Shown here piece by piece: positions 31,410 through 42,149 of a DNA stretch of 64,000 nt. The stretch is taken from NCBI GenBank assembly GCA_965222075.1, contig OZ244937.1:1536001-1600000 (forward strand), read 5' to 3'. The notes below the pieces were generated by a model. The model was not told where the DNA came from, searched no databases, and saw only the letters and a program-made list of their open reading frames with translations. Positions within the stretch are counted from its first letter, which is position 1, and each line of letters starts with the position of its first letter. The translations under genes and the position numbers were made by a program. This DNA is from Candidatus Latescibacterota bacterium (lineage in GTDB: Bacteria; Latescibacterota; UBA2968; GCA-2709665).

Positions 31410-34400
31410 TTACCACACCGGCCGGAACGCCGTCACCGTCCCCGCCGACGTGGCGCATACCACTCGATCTCCCTCCCCCCCCTCCACCGCCCGAAGGTGT
31501 GTCACCTCTCCCTCGACCTGACACCCCGCGACAAGCTCCCCTTCTCCGTTGTAGACCCGGATCTCTCCCGTATCAAACCCCACCACAACCTTCGGCTTCC
31601 CATCCCCGTCTACCGTCGTCAGCCACGTGATCTTGTCCCCCAGGTCCCGCCGCCAGATCACCGCGCCGTCCCCACCGATGCAGGCGAGCTGCCCCACGTC
31701 GCTACCCACGATCACCTCCGGCCTTCCGTCACCGTTCACGTCCGCAACCGCGATATCTTCCACCTCACCCCCCATATTCACCCGCCAGATCATCCCGCCT
31801 CCCCTGTCCGGCCGGCCGCTGTAAGTGCCCGGCCCGCTGAACAGCTCTCCGCTCCGAACGGCGTTCACCGCCCGCCAGTCGCCATAGATCACCTCCAGCG
31901 CCCCATCGCCGTTCAAATCGGCCGACAGAATCGTCGGCGATACGCAGCCGGTGCTCCGCCGCCAGCGCGCGGTCCCGTCCGGATTCAAACAATTGATCGT
32001 ATAGTATTCGGTACCCACCAGCACCTCATCCTTTCCGTCTCCATCCAGGTCCACGGCCAGACACCCTGTAATACAGTGGTAGTGGGTCTCCGTCTGCCAC
32101 TTCAGCGTCCCGTCCGCCTCGAACACGTGGAACAGCCACCCCTCGGCCCCGGCCAGCACCTGCACCTTTCCGTCCCCATCCAGATCGGCCGACGACACCG
32201 TCATCAGCCGCTGCGGGCGCATGCCGCTTCCCGGCGGAAACGCGTGCTCCCAGCGCGTCTCGCCCCCGGCATCCAGCACGTGCAGCCAGCAATCCCCGGT
32301 GCCAACAATCGCCTCAGAAGCATCGTCTCCATCGATATCCGCCAGGTGTACGGCGCGGACTTCACCCTTTGCCCTGAAAGACCACACCTCACGCCCGTCC
32401 GGCCCGAGCAGGTGCACACCCCCCTCTGACGTGCCCACGAGCGTCCGCCCCGCCCCATCCGATGCCACCGCCGTCACACCTGCCTGCGCAGCGTCCTGCT
32501 CTGCCTGCCCGCGCGCAGCGCGCAGGCGGGCAGGCAGGCCCGCCCCGGCGTCGAACGTCCATTCCGGCTCCAGCCCCTCTCCGGGCGTCGGTTCCTGATC
32601 TTTGGACACACGACCTTCACCGTACGGAGACGTCTTCTCCAATACCCGGTCAAAGACCCCTTCGGCCCCGGGTGAGACCTCCAGACCGTGCCGGCCGGCC
32701 GGAAGCGTGAACCACAGCAGCTTTCCCTCGCCGCCACCTGAAATCCGTTCCCCGTTCAGACTGACCACCTCCGCACGGATGCCCACGCGGGTCTCGCTTC
32801 GCGCCTCGATAACGCCCTCTCCCTTCGCCAGATCCATCTCGACCGAGACCGGCGCCCAGCTCCGGAACAGCGGCCCCTCCCACGACAGCACGGTGCCTTC
32901 CACCAGGGCAAACCCGTTCCTGTCGATCCGGAACAGCTTCCCCTCCACCTCCAGCGCTCCCGACCTGAACGGCCCGACCCCGGCCATCACCCCCTGATCG
33001 GTCTGTTGATCTGCCTGTGCGTGTGAAACGCAGGCTTGCCTGCGCGCAGCGCGCAAGCAGGCAGACAGGTCCCGGACCAGCACCACAGACGGCCCGACCC
33101 GCTCCAGGGCAAAGGCCTGATCCATCCCCGCATTGGACGGGTACAGCAGGTTCACGTACGCCGTCCGATCACCGGCATCCAGCGCAACCCGCTTCTTCTG
33201 GTGCCACATTCGCACCACCCCGTCCGCATGCTCGTAATTCTCCCAATTGGACTTCCAGTCCGGCGCAAAATCCGCCTCCCGATCCGTCAACGTCTTCTCG
33301 GAGCCGTCCGCATTCACAATGTGGAACCGCTCCCCGTCCTGCTCAAGGTGCAGTTCATTCCCGTCCACCTCCACCTGTCCCAGCACCCGCCAGATGCAAT
33401 CCAGCAGGAAATCTCCTTTCTCCCGTCCTTCCACCGTATCAACCACCAGAAAATACCGCCCCTTGCGCCAGAAGATGCTTCGCGCCCAGTCCGTCCCGTT
33501 ATCCCCCGGCGACACCGTCTGGCTGTACCCCCACCCCTCGAAATCCGCGATCGCCCTCAGCGCCACCTGTGTCGGCTTGGTATAACACGTCCCGTCCTTC
33601 ACAATCACCACCGAATTGTGATACCTCGCCAGGCGGCGGATATAATCCAGGTCCGCCAACCAGATCCGGTCGTTCCAGCAGAGGCGGATCACCGAATTGC
33701 CGTCCTCCTGGGAATGCGAAAAACCGGTCGGCCCATCAATCAGCAAATATTCGCTGCCCCTATCGAAGCTACGCCGGAACGCCAGCTTGTCGAACGCCTC
33801 CGACAGCGGCACCTCCGCCTCCAGCACCGGGTCCCCGTGATACTGTTCCGTATTCCGTGCCCGTTCCCTGACCAGCTCGTATGCCGCCCGGTCCAGCATC
33901 GACGCCCGCACACCCAGCAGCTCCGTCGGCTCTACCGGCGCCACATCCTTAAAGAAAAACCCGTCATAGACCTCCCACCCTCCAATCCCCCAGTTCGTCG
34001 CCCGCTGGAACGAGTCCTTCCACTCCCCCCCCTTCTCCATCCACTCATAAAGCCACCGATAGCGCCCGTCGTTGTAGAACCACGCCCCGATGGCGGCTGA
34101 CTGCAACCCACTCGGACGGCTCGACCGGGATGCTCGATAGGCCCCCACGTCGCCGTATGAACAGTCGTCCCCCCGGCTATCGATCGTCAACACCGCACTG
34201 TCCAGCAGGCGCGCCAGATGACCGTTCTCCAAGTAAGAAAGATCTCCGGTCATCATCCCGTACTTGATCAGGTGCCCCGGCGTAATCCAGACGTATCCCG
34301 TACCCGCATTGTCATTCGGCTTGTAGGATCGGGCATGCAGTTCCAGCGTCCGGTGCGCTAACGGCAGCTTCTCGTCAAAATCCGTCAACCCGTAATACTT

Positions 34401-35375
34401 TTTGAAATACCTCGCCCCCGTGAACAGGCTCAACGCCGCAAAGCTCTGGTGGTTCTGGTTCTGCACCACGTCGTCCACGGTTTTGTACCGGAAATGGGGC
34501 AACTCCGACGTCCACCGGATAATATTGTAAATCGCGTTCGTCATCTTCAGCCGGTCCGCATCGCTCAGCACCTCCCCCTCCTCCATCACATCCCACGCCG
34601 TCAGCATCCGGTAAATCCAAAAATAGAGATGCGTTCCCTGAGACAGGCACCAGTCTCCCACCTCGTGCGCCAGGTCAATAAAAAACAGAAACTCCTCCCG
34701 CAACATCCACCCCCACACCTCCTGACCCGACAGATAGTAGAGCATCGCGTGGTCCACCATCCGCCGAAGCGGCCCCTGGCTCCCCGAAAGCGCCACCTGC
34801 TCGTTGACCGTATCGATGGTCTCCCGGGCCTCCGCCTCCGTGGGCGGCGACTCCGGGTTATGACGGGACACCGACCGGTTGATCCGGCCGATGCGCGTCC
34901 CCTCGGCCTCCAGAATCCCCAGGAAACCATCCACCGCCCGGTCTACACCCTCCGGTGTGCTCCCTCCCAGAAGGACCACGTTCCGCCCCTTCCCGAAGGG
35001 ATTGTGAACCGTGCGCACCTCATATCCCTCCCCCCCGGGATAATACTCGTCCGTCCACGCGTAAAAATTCATCCCCAGGTGCCGGACCACTGCGTTGTTG
35101 AACACATTCCCCGCCGCCACAATGTGCGCAGCCTCCCAATCGCTCTCGCCGATCTCCGATGCAGGGCGCACCTCTGCTCCACTGCCCAGAGCCTGTGCAA
35201 TCCCCTGGCCGATTTTCTCTCCGGCCTCACCCTCCGGCGGCACGATCAGCACCTCTTTCGACAGATCCGTCTCCAGGCAGAGATCCTTCAGCTTCGGAAT
35301 CTCCTTATTCCGGATCTCAATATCGTACGACTCCTGCCGCCGTCTCCGGGCGCTGCGGCCTTCTGCTCCAGCCAT
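31410..35375 (-). CDS. Heparinase II/III-like + FG-GAP/PQQ propeller protein (1321 aa) with two 60-bp in-frame insertions
   Basis: NQNHQ, FDKLAFR, SHSQEDGNS motifs and DLDGDG repeats. Confidence 0.78.
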   Translation of the reverse strand: MAGAEGRSARRRRQESYDIEIRNKEIPKLKDLCLETDLSKEVLIVPPEGEAGEKIGQGIAQALGSGAEVRPASEIGESDWEAAHIVAAGNVFNNAVVRHLGMNFYAWTDEYYPGGEGYEVRTVHNPFGKGRNVVLLGGSTPEGVDRAVDGFLGILEAEGTRIGRINRSVSRHNPESPPTEAEARETIDTVNEQVALSGSQGPLRRMVDHAMLYYLSGQEVWGWMLREEFLFFIDLAHEVGDWCLSQGTHLYFWIYRMLTAWDVMEEGEVLSDADRLKMTNAIYNIIRWTSELPHFRYKTVDDVVQNQNHQSFAALSLFTGARYFKKYYGLTDFDEKLPLAHRTLELHARSYKPNDNAGTGYVWITPGHLIKYGMMTGDLSYLENGHLARLLDSAVLTIDSRGDDCSYGDVGAYRASRSSRPSGLQSAAIGAWFYNDGRYRWLYEWMEKGGEWKDSFQRATNWGIGGWEVYDGFFFKDVAPVEPTELLGVRASMLDRAAYELVRERARNTEQYHGDPVLEAEVPLSEAFDKLAFRRSFDRGSEYLLIDGPTGFSHSQEDGNSVIRLCWNDRIWLADLDYIRRLARYHNSVVIVKDGTCYTKPTQVALRAIADFEGWGYSQTVSPGDNGTDWARSIFWRKGRYFLVVDTVEGREKGDFLLDCIWRVLGQVEVDGNELHLEQDGERFHIVNADGSEKTLTDREADFAPDWKSNWENYEHADGVVRMWHQKKRVALDAGDRTAYVNLLYPSNAGMDQAFALERVGPSVVLVRDLSACLRAARRQACVSHAQADQQTDQGVMAGVGPFRSGALEVEGKLFRIDRNGFALVEGTVLSWEGPLFRSWAPVSVEMDLAKGEGVIEARSETRVGIRAEVVSLNGERISGGGEGKLLWFTLPAGRHGLEVSPGAEGVFDRVLEKTSPYGEGRVSKDQEPTPGEGLEPEWTFDAGAGLPARLRAARGQAEQDAAQAGVTAVASDGAGRTLVGTSEGGVHLLGPDGREVWSFRAKGEVRAVHLADIDGDDASEAIVGTGDCWLHVLDAGGETRWEHAFPPGSGMRPQRLMTVSSADLDGDGKVQVLAGAEGWLFHVFEADGTLKWQTETHYHCITGCLAVDLDGDGKDEVLVGTEYYTINCLNPDGTARWRRSTGCVSPTILSADLNGDGALEVIYGDWRAVNAVRSGELFSGPGTYSGRPDRGGGMIWRVNMGGEVEDIAVADVNGDGRPEVIVGSDVGQLACIGGDGAVIWRRDLGDKITWLTTVDGDGKPKVVVGFDTGEIRVYNGEGELVAGCQVEGEVTHLRAVEGGEGDRVVCATSAGTVTAFRPVW
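32479..32538. repeat. Nested palindromic element (33-bp outer + 27-bp A variant at 32504-32530), in frame
   Basis: Adds LPARLRAARGQAEQDAAQAG between FDAGAG and VTAV; the outer unit differs at 2 positions from 63708-63740. Confidence 0.9.
33010..33069. repeat. Nested palindromic element (33-bp outer + unit A at 33035-33061), in frame
   Basis: Adds LSACLRAARRQACVSHAQAD. Confidence 0.9.
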
Positions 35376-35425
35376 TGTTCCCCCTCATGTCAAGGCATTA
35401 TGTGAACTGAAACAATTCGAATGGG

Positions 35426-37831
35426 TCACAGGGCTTCAATTACCGTCCCCGCCGCCACAAAGGTCTCTTTCACCTCTCCTCGAGTGTCAAACGTCGCCGC
35501 GCCAACCTCGCCGTCGGTCCTCAGCCCTGCACCGGACAGGACCCTGCCCGCCGTTGGCTGCAGGAGCACACCCACGCGGCCACCGGCCAGCGGAATCGTG
35601 ACCCCATACCCGCCGTCAATTTCTTCCAATTGTGCTTCGCCGTCCAGCGTTTCGCCGGACCGATGCGGCCTCAGGACCGTCACGAACGTCTGTTGCCGGA
35701 CAGACGACGAGGGTGTTGCCGTCAGATGATACTCGACGAGCTGGATTCGCGGCCGGGGCGGCGGATCGAACCGGTCGGTCTGGCTCAGTTCCAGACCGTC
35801 CGGCCACAAAAATGACACCCGGCAGCTTGCGCCGCCGTTGACCACCCGCACATCCCGCTGGTGCCGGACAGCCATCTCCACAGGTGCGTGCAGCCGCCAC
35901 TCGAATCTCGTGGGTTCGGGCGCGAGCAGCGTATCGAAGATGACAATCGCTTCGGGTTTGACAAACAGAATACGGCGGGTAAATCGGTCCAGTTTCCCCG
36001 CGTAGGCCGGTGCCGCCTCTCCGGCCACATAGTCGAAACCCGCCGACGTGTGGAAATCCAGTATTTCTCCCACCGCCTCCCGGGAGTTCGGTAGCTGCCC
36101 TTCACCATTGACCGTAATGGAGTTCACCGATTTCGTATGATGCATCCACTGTCTGTGATGTGCGCTCCCGTGGACATCGCGGCGCCCCGAGCGAATCAAC
36201 AACCGCTCTCCAAAGGCGTAAAGCAGGAACGAATTCTGGGCCTCGTACCCGTGGCTCTGGGACCCGAACGGACTGCTCTTGAAAATCACCTCCACATTGT
36301 TGTGGGCATCCTCCAGATCGGTATTGAACACGGCCTGGCCTGTACCCTGGAAACAGCGCGATGTGGGCAAATCGACCGGCCGCTTCGCCTCTACCCCGGG
36401 CAGAGCACCCCGAACAAAGCCGATATACCCCGGCTCGGAAGGCGGCGCACCGTGCGACGCTACATACCACTGCCAATAGGGATTCTGTGCGCGGGCGGCG
36501 AAAAGGGCCATCACGCCGCAGTTGTTCCTTGATTCGAGGCGGGCCGTCAGATCCCCGAAGCCGCCGCCCCGCGTGCCCGGGGGCTGGAGGTAGATCGGAT
36601 AGTAGCCAACTTTGGAGAAGTAAGGCTTATCGAAGGCATTGATGCCCATTGCCTGCTGCATCACATCCGACCACCAGGTAAATCGCTGGATGTAACTCCG
36701 CCAGTAGGACATGCCCTGGTGCCAGCCTCCGTCGTCATCGCTCCACACCGGATAGGTGTTGGCGAACACATTCGCGGCGAACCACACCCAGTCCGCGGCC
36801 TCCGGAATCTCGTCCAGAAATGCAACGCCCACCTCCCCCAGAAAATGCCATGACCGGGTATCGTGACTCCCGTACGGATGCCACAGGAACCGGGGGCAGA
36901 GATGCTCGTACATCTCCTTACCCCGAATTCTCATCACCCTGCGGCACTGCTCGCGCTCGGCCTCCGTCAGCAGATCGTTGACAAAGCTGTACGTCCGGGA
37001 GAAATAATACGCGTAGGGCATACCGGCCTCGTCATTGTACCGAAACCCCGTAGCCCCTTTCGGGTCCCACGCAGCACAGGCCATCAGCAGTTCCCGGGCG
37101 AGTTGGCCGTACTCCTCCCGCCCCCCCACAAGCCGGGTGAACGCCAGCGTCGCCGCACCGTTCAGGACAGCGATGGTATACTCCCGATTTGGCCACCAGA
37201 TCTCTCGCCACGCTTCGCTGAGCCGCACCGTACCTTCAGGATAAAGCGGCGGCTCCTCCGTAGGCGGCGGATCTCTGAGCAGCTTCTCCGATGCGGCCAC
37301 CAGATCCTCATACTGAACCGCCAGGTCTGTTTTCGCACGCCGCCGAAGTTCCGGCAGCTGTTCCGGCCGCACAAACAGCCGGGGATGACCCTGCGGAATA
37401 CGCGCCAGCAGGTCGCTGCGCGAAGGCAGCGGAAGCGCGTTTGCACCCTCCGCAACGGTAAACATCCGCCCCTTGCTCCATTCGGACGCTACACCCGCCT
37501 GATTGTAAAAGCGGAATCGCCAGAACCAGCGGCCTGGCGACAGCGTACGGGGTGGACAGTGAACGTTAAACGTCACACCCCTCGCCTCGTACTCCACCTC
37601 TCCAAAGCCGCTATCGCGTGTGCACTGCAGGTCGTAGCTCGCAGCGCCCTCCTGCGGCCGCCACGAAAACCCCGGAGGCGTCACCTGAGACACGCTCCCT
37701 TCCGCTGGACGAAAGCCCCACTCACCCGGCTGCACCGGCGTCTCATCAATTTCGGGCCGCTCCGCTGCCCCCGTCTGTGACGCCACCATCAGCAGCACCA
37801 GCGCTCCGATAACAACCCCAATCGCAGTCAT
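35426..37831 (-). CDS. Secreted DUF4962 + heparinase II/III family lyase
   Basis: Signal peptide after an AGGAG RBS; HPRLF, DDGGWHQG, SHGYEAQNSF, NSITVNG. Confidence 0.82.
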   Translation of the reverse strand: MTAIGVVIGALVLLMVASQTGAAERPEIDETPVQPGEWGFRPAEGSVSQVTPPGFSWRPQEGAASYDLQCTRDSGFGEVEYEARGVTFNVHCPPRTLSPGRWFWRFRFYNQAGVASEWSKGRMFTVAEGANALPLPSRSDLLARIPQGHPRLFVRPEQLPELRRRAKTDLAVQYEDLVAASEKLLRDPPPTEEPPLYPEGTVRLSEAWREIWWPNREYTIAVLNGAATLAFTRLVGGREEYGQLARELLMACAAWDPKGATGFRYNDEAGMPYAYYFSRTYSFVNDLLTEAEREQCRRVMRIRGKEMYEHLCPRFLWHPYGSHDTRSWHFLGEVGVAFLDEIPEAADWVWFAANVFANTYPVWSDDDGGWHQGMSYWRSYIQRFTWWSDVMQQAMGINAFDKPYFSKVGYYPIYLQPPGTRGGGFGDLTARLESRNNCGVMALFAARAQNPYWQWYVASHGAPPSEPGYIGFVRGALPGVEAKRPVDLPTSRCFQGTGQAVFNTDLEDAHNNVEVIFKSSPFGSQSHGYEAQNSFLLYAFGERLLIRSGRRDVHGSAHHRQWMHHTKSVNSITVNGEGQLPNSREAVGEILDFHTSAGFDYVAGEAAPAYAGKLDRFTRRILFVKPEAIVIFDTLLAPEPTRFEWRLHAPVEMAVRHQRDVRVVNGGASCRVSFLWPDGLELSQTDRFDPPPRPRIQLVEYHLTATPSSSVRQQTFVTVLRPHRSGETLDGEAQLEEIDGGYGVTIPLAGGRVGVLLQPTAGRVLSGAGLRTDGEVGAATFDTRGEVKETFVAAGTVIEAL

Positions 37832-37875
37832 CTCGTTGCTCCTTTCGAACGCCCTCGCATCTGCGATCGGCAGTC

Positions 37876-38094
37876 CTACGAAGCCCACTTCATCTGTAAT
37901 TTACGTTTATGAACTGCACAATCCCGAAGGTACAGATTGATCAGGCTCTGGTAGGGAATGCCTGTTTCCTCCGCCATAGACTTGAAATAGGCGACCGTGT
38001 CACGGTCAAGCCGCATCGTGACTGGCTGCTTAAGGTATTTGGTGTAGGGATTCTTACGTCCCTTCATCTTCGAGAATTCATAATGGTCTCTCAT
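37876..38094 (-). CDS. BrnA/CopG-like antitoxin (orphan)
   Basis: MRDHYEFSKM.RKNPY...VTMRLD...YFK...GIPYQSLINLYL. Confidence 0.85.
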   Translation of the reverse strand: MRDHYEFSKMKGRKNPYTKYLKQPVTMRLDRDTVAYFKSMAEETGIPYQSLINLYLRDCAVHKRKLQMKWAS

Positions 38095-39182
38095 GATCTT
38101 CGCCTCCAGTAGTCACGTTCCTCAGTGCTGTAATATCTCGGGTTTGTCACCGTCAAAGAGGTATCCTCCAGCGGCAAAGTGACTTTCGCTCCCCCCTCCT
38201 GGTGAGAAATGTGGAAAGCCAGCGCAACTTCCAGCGCCTTGCGTCCGTCCTGTCCGGTGCAGGAAGGCGCTTTATCCTGCTCGATGCACTCAACCAGCTC
38301 CTCAATCGCCTTTACAACCCCACTTCTCGCTTCGATATTCTGAGGGACCTTTCGCCCGACCAGCGCACTCCCTTCATAGACCCCTTCCTCCACCGTCCAC
38401 AGCTCGTCCACATTGTATCCGACCCGGATCCTCCCCTTCGTACCGACCAGATCGAACTCGAACCCCACCGGACATCCCGTCACCGCATTGACAAAGGCGT
38501 GCATCCCGTTTTGAAACTGAAGGTAGCCGCTGCCTCCCGGGTCCTCATGGCTCTCCCGGCTGCCGTCCAGCTGGCCGAACACCCACGCCACCTCGTCGCC
38601 CGACCAGAACCGCATCAGATCGAACATGTGCGATGCCTCGTGCACCAGTTCGGGTCCCATATTGCCCGCAATGCTGATCAACTCCCCGATCGTGCCCCCT
38701 GCAACCAGCTCTTTCACCCGGACCATCAGGGGATCCCACCGGTTGTGGTAAAGCACCGACAGCGTGGTTCCCGCCTCTCGGCAGGCTTCGATCATGCGGT
38801 CTGCATCCGGCAGGCTGGTTGCCATCGCCTTCTCGCACAGAACCGCTTTCACGCCTGCTTCGGCGGCCGCCACCGTCATCTCGCTGTGCAGGTGCGCGTG
38901 CGTCGCCACACTCACGATATCCAGGTCCTCCACCTCCAGCATGTCGCGGTAATCGGCGTAGAGGCGGTCGACTCCCCAGCGCGCCGAAAAATCCTCCAGC
39001 CTGTCCCCGTTGATATCCGCAGCCGCCACCACCCCGGTCCTGCCCACCTGCCGGTAGGCGCCCGCCAGAACAACGGGCTGGGGCACCCGCCCCGCCTGGT
39101 TGCTCTTCTCCTCATCCATCGTACTCGCCATACGCCCGCAGCCGATGATTCCGACGCGATACATCTTTTTGTCCTCTGCCAA
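38091..39182 (-). CDS. Gfo/Idh/MocA oxidoreductase
   Basis: VGIIGCG, DIVSVAT, LCEKAMA; probable TTG start after AGGAG. Confidence 0.88.
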   Translation of the reverse strand: MAEDKKMYRVGIIGCGRMASTMDEEKSNQAGRVPQPVVLAGAYRQVGRTGVVAAADINGDRLEDFSARWGVDRLYADYRDMLEVEDLDIVSVATHAHLHSEMTVAAAEAGVKAVLCEKAMATSLPDADRMIEACREAGTTLSVLYHNRWDPLMVRVKELVAGGTIGELISIAGNMGPELVHEASHMFDLMRFWSGDEVAWVFGQLDGSRESHEDPGGSGYLQFQNGMHAFVNAVTGCPVGFEFDLVGTKGRIRVGYNVDELWTVEEGVYEGSALVGRKVPQNIEARSGVVKAIEELVECIEQDKAPSCTGQDGRKALEVALAFHISHQEGGAKVTLPLEDTSLTVTNPRYYSTEERDYWRRRS

Positions 39183-39196
39183 CTCCTTCTCCTTTC

Positions 39197-40168
39197 TTAG
39201 ATGACCCGGCACTCCAGGTCTGTCGCCATGGCCGCTGCCGGAGTATGGTGGTGATCCATCGGCGGGGTAATCAGATAGTGGGCATAAAGAATACAGGGCT
39301 GCCTCCCGAACGGAAAAATCGCCCGGAATCGCCCATCCGGTTCGACTTCGTAGCGAACGGCCCCTGTCTCAGACCAGGCCCCTGCGGCCGCCACATCCAC
39401 AGTCGACGTATTGTCTGTCACCACAGCCCAGCTTGTGGCCTCACCATCGGCCCGCTCCCGCGCCCCGAACGCAGTGGAAACAGGTGCTTCCGGAAGGTAG
39501 AAATCACTCTCTGCGATAACCGAGGCGATCTGCGATACGTCTCCCGACACGACCTCGTGTTCGGCGCGGAACCAGGACACCCCCGAGAAAAAGGTCATCC
39601 GGACGACAAACCCGTACCCGCCGGCGTAGGCCCCTTCCACGCGCAGCCGGGCCGAACGAGGGCCGCGCGTCTCAGCTTCGATCCGGACCTCCCCCTCCGT
39701 GACCAGCGTCCGACCGTCCTTCAGGACGAGCGCCATCCCGCGCGCTCCCGTCCGCAAAAACTGCCTGGCGTCAAAAATAACCTGGTCCACAAGGTTGAAC
39801 CCACGCCGCCGAATCCGGTAGATCACCGGCCCCTGCTGCACCTCAACCGGATCTTCCTCCGCCCGGACCTGGATGGGGTTGTGCTGCGCCACAGAGGGCG
39901 CTGCGCCCTCCCCGTACTCAAACTTAAAAACCCCTTCCCCATTCGCCTGCACGCGCGCCGGAAAACCAACGTCCGCCACCCGGATGCTGCCATCCTCCCA
40001 CACCTGCACAACGTCCACCTGAACCGGTCTTTCCTCACCTTCCGGATCGAACAGACGAGCCGGATCTTCCACGCGGAACGTCCCGGAGTCGAACGCGATG
40101 GTCACCGTTGTGGGGAAAGCCCCCCTGCGGTACCCATCTCCCTCCACAACCCGGATCTCTCGATGCAT
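39197..40168 (-). CDS. Hypothetical beta-rich protein, possibly an N-terminal-type domain of a rhamnogalacturonan lyase-like protein
   Basis: 323-aa ORF in the operon; PVQVDV..WEDGSIR and ETRGP motifs. Confidence 0.55.
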   Translation of the reverse strand: MHREIRVVEGDGYRRGAFPTTVTIAFDSGTFRVEDPARLFDPEGEERPVQVDVVQVWEDGSIRVADVGFPARVQANGEGVFKFEYGEGAAPSVAQHNPIQVRAEEDPVEVQQGPVIYRIRRRGFNLVDQVIFDARQFLRTGARGMALVLKDGRTLVTEGEVRIEAETRGPRSARLRVEGAYAGGYGFVVRMTFFSGVSWFRAEHEVVSGDVSQIASVIAESDFYLPEAPVSTAFGARERADGEATSWAVVTDNTSTVDVAAAGAWSETGAVRYEVEPDGRFRAIFPFGRQPCILYAHYLITPPMDHHHTPAAAMATDLECRVI

Positions 40169-40189
40169 CGACCTCTCCCTCCTTCATCT

Positions 40190-41194
40190 TCAGCCTGTCC
40201 CCTGCACCCCAATCCAATTTCCCCCGGCGCTGGACGCAACAACGGCGTCCAGGATCCGGAGCACGCGCAGGCCGTCCGAGACCGGTATAGGCGAAGGGGT
40301 GCCCGAGGTGGCCGCCTCTACAAATGCGACCATCTCCCGATAGCACATCTCTGCGAGACTGTCGCCGGGGATGCGCAGAACCGTGGGATGCGCATATTCG
40401 GGGATAACCCGGCTCTGCACGGTTACGACATCGCCGTACCAGTCTCCCCTCACGCGTCCCCTGGTTCCGAACACGTCCACGAAATCGTAGCCGACCCCTG
40501 AAGCCTGAGACACCGTGAACGTGGCCACAGCCCCCTGTTTCAGGCTCACCGTGTAGGCCGACGTCTCATCCGTCCCTCCGGCGTTCCACCGGACAGATGC
40601 GGAAACCGCTTCGGCATCGTCCCCCGTCATCCAGAGCACCTGGTCGGTCAGGTGAGACCCCAGAAAGAGGAGTTGGCCTCCCCCTTCCGCGTGGGGTCCC
40701 GCGAGCCATCCCCCCAGGGGGCCGCCCCCCTTACCGGCCACCACAAAGCTGATGTCTCCCACCGCCCCCCGGTCCAGCAGAGACTTGATAAACATCCGGC
40801 TGAGGGAGTAGCGCATACAGTAGCCGACCATCGCCACAACACCCTGCTGCCGGGCGGCCTCCACCACCTCGGCGCCCTCCGCCGCATTGAGGCCCATCGG
40901 CTTTTCGATAAACACGTGTTTGCCCGCGCCGATGGCGGACAGCGTCACCGGCTTGAGGTAGCGGTGTGGGACAGACACGATGATCGCGTCCACCCCCCCT
41001 CCGGCAAGAAGCTCTTCAGCGCCGCCGTAAACCTTCTCCACCTGAAACTCGTCGGCGACCTGTCGCGCCCTATCTGCATCAACATCCGCACAAGATACCA
41101 GACGCGCAGATGCGATGCGGGCAACGGCCGGGGCGAGATTTCTGCGAGTCTGTCCTCCGCACCCAACAAGCCCCACACTCAGAATCCTGGACAT
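40190..41194 (-). CDS. Gfo/Idh/MocA oxidoreductase
   Basis: VGLVGCG, GKHVFIEKP, GGQLLFLGSH. Confidence 0.9.
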   Translation of the reverse strand: MSRILSVGLVGCGGQTRRNLAPAVARIASARLVSCADVDADRARQVADEFQVEKVYGGAEELLAGGGVDAIIVSVPHRYLKPVTLSAIGAGKHVFIEKPMGLNAAEGAEVVEAARQQGVVAMVGYCMRYSLSRMFIKSLLDRGAVGDISFVVAGKGGGPLGGWLAGPHAEGGGQLLFLGSHLTDQVLWMTGDDAEAVSASVRWNAGGTDETSAYTVSLKQGAVATFTVSQASGVGYDFVDVFGTRGRVRGDWYGDVVTVQSRVIPEYAHPTVLRIPGDSLAEMCYREMVAFVEAATSGTPSPIPVSDGLRVLRILDAVVASSAGGNWIGVQGTG

Positions 41195-41550
41195 AAGAAC
41201 CTCCTGAAATGATACGGGCGGACCACATACATCTTACGCATCAATCGTCCACTTTACCAGTCCCACATCCCGGGGGCCGTATTGTCCGGGTTCATAGCCC
41301 TCTCCCCCTCTTGTTGGCGATTATTAGCATCCGTCATGCCGTAGGTCGGTCAATATTGAGCCGTCCGGGAGCAGAAGAGACGAAGTCGTGTGGCTACCCG
41401 CCTGCCAGGTAAAACCCGCCCGATGAGAAGCTGTAAGAGTTTGCCGCCATTATCTTGAAAAATATCGTTAATCGACGCCATGGTATCAACTTCTGAATTT
41501 CTCTATCCGGGTGTTGCCGCATCATATTCACCTCAGGTAGGGGAGTAAGC

Positions 41551-41685
41551 ATGCAGAAAAAAAAGGCGTGTGTCCCAACTTATTTTACTGAACTGGGGGC
41601 TGCATATTGTGGAGATTCACGGGAGCTCCTGTCAGAGCTTCCTGATAACAGCGTAAATCTTGTTGTGACCAGTCCTCCTTTTGCG
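41551..41685 (+). pseudogene. N-terminal fragment of an N4/N6 DNA methyltransferase
   Basis: YFTELGAAYCGDSRELLSELPDNSVNLVVTSPPFA, then homology is lost. Confidence 0.7.
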
Positions 41686-41979
41686 TGCACGGTAATACTC
41701 GGGATCGCTCCAGGTGGCGCTTCTCCGTCGTCGATTGAACAATACCATCGCATAGTGGATAAAAGGACTGCCCGCATAATCGCAACTCAGCAACATCAGC
41801 ACCCGATCCTTCTCCGGCATATACACGACATGGGGTATAGCCACGACCCGGTTCCAGCTTTCGGTCAATATTTGCAATTGCGCGGGCAATTCTATCCGGG
41901 CCGCGTCCTTATTGAGTCGAACCACCCTGTGTGCTTTCCATCTTGAGAGGATACTACCTTGTACTGATGGCATGTCCAT
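41686..41979 (-). pseudogene. N-terminal fragment of a sialidase/BNR-like protein
   Basis: IPHVVYMPEKDRVLMLLSCD followed by a broken S-D-G-TWS Asp-box-like segment. Confidence 0.4.
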
Positions 41980-42091
41980 GTCGCACCCTTTTTTCTGTCA
42001 AATTTTCAGTGTCGTTCTCCGGGTTGCCTTCTTCACACTTATCCCTTTTACAGAAATATACGGACTTAATCCTTTTTTGCCTAAGAAAGCC

Positions 42092-42132
42092 TTGACAAAA
42101 CACATTCCATCTGTTATACTAAAATATAACAG
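42092..42132 (+). promoter_or_regulatory. Near-consensus sigma70 promoter with an overlapping GntR-type operator
   Basis: TTGACA-17 nt-TATACT with extended TG; perfect CTGTTATA-N6-TATAACAG at 42111-42132. Confidence 0.85.
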
Positions 42133-42149
42133 TTAGCCCGGGAGGAATC

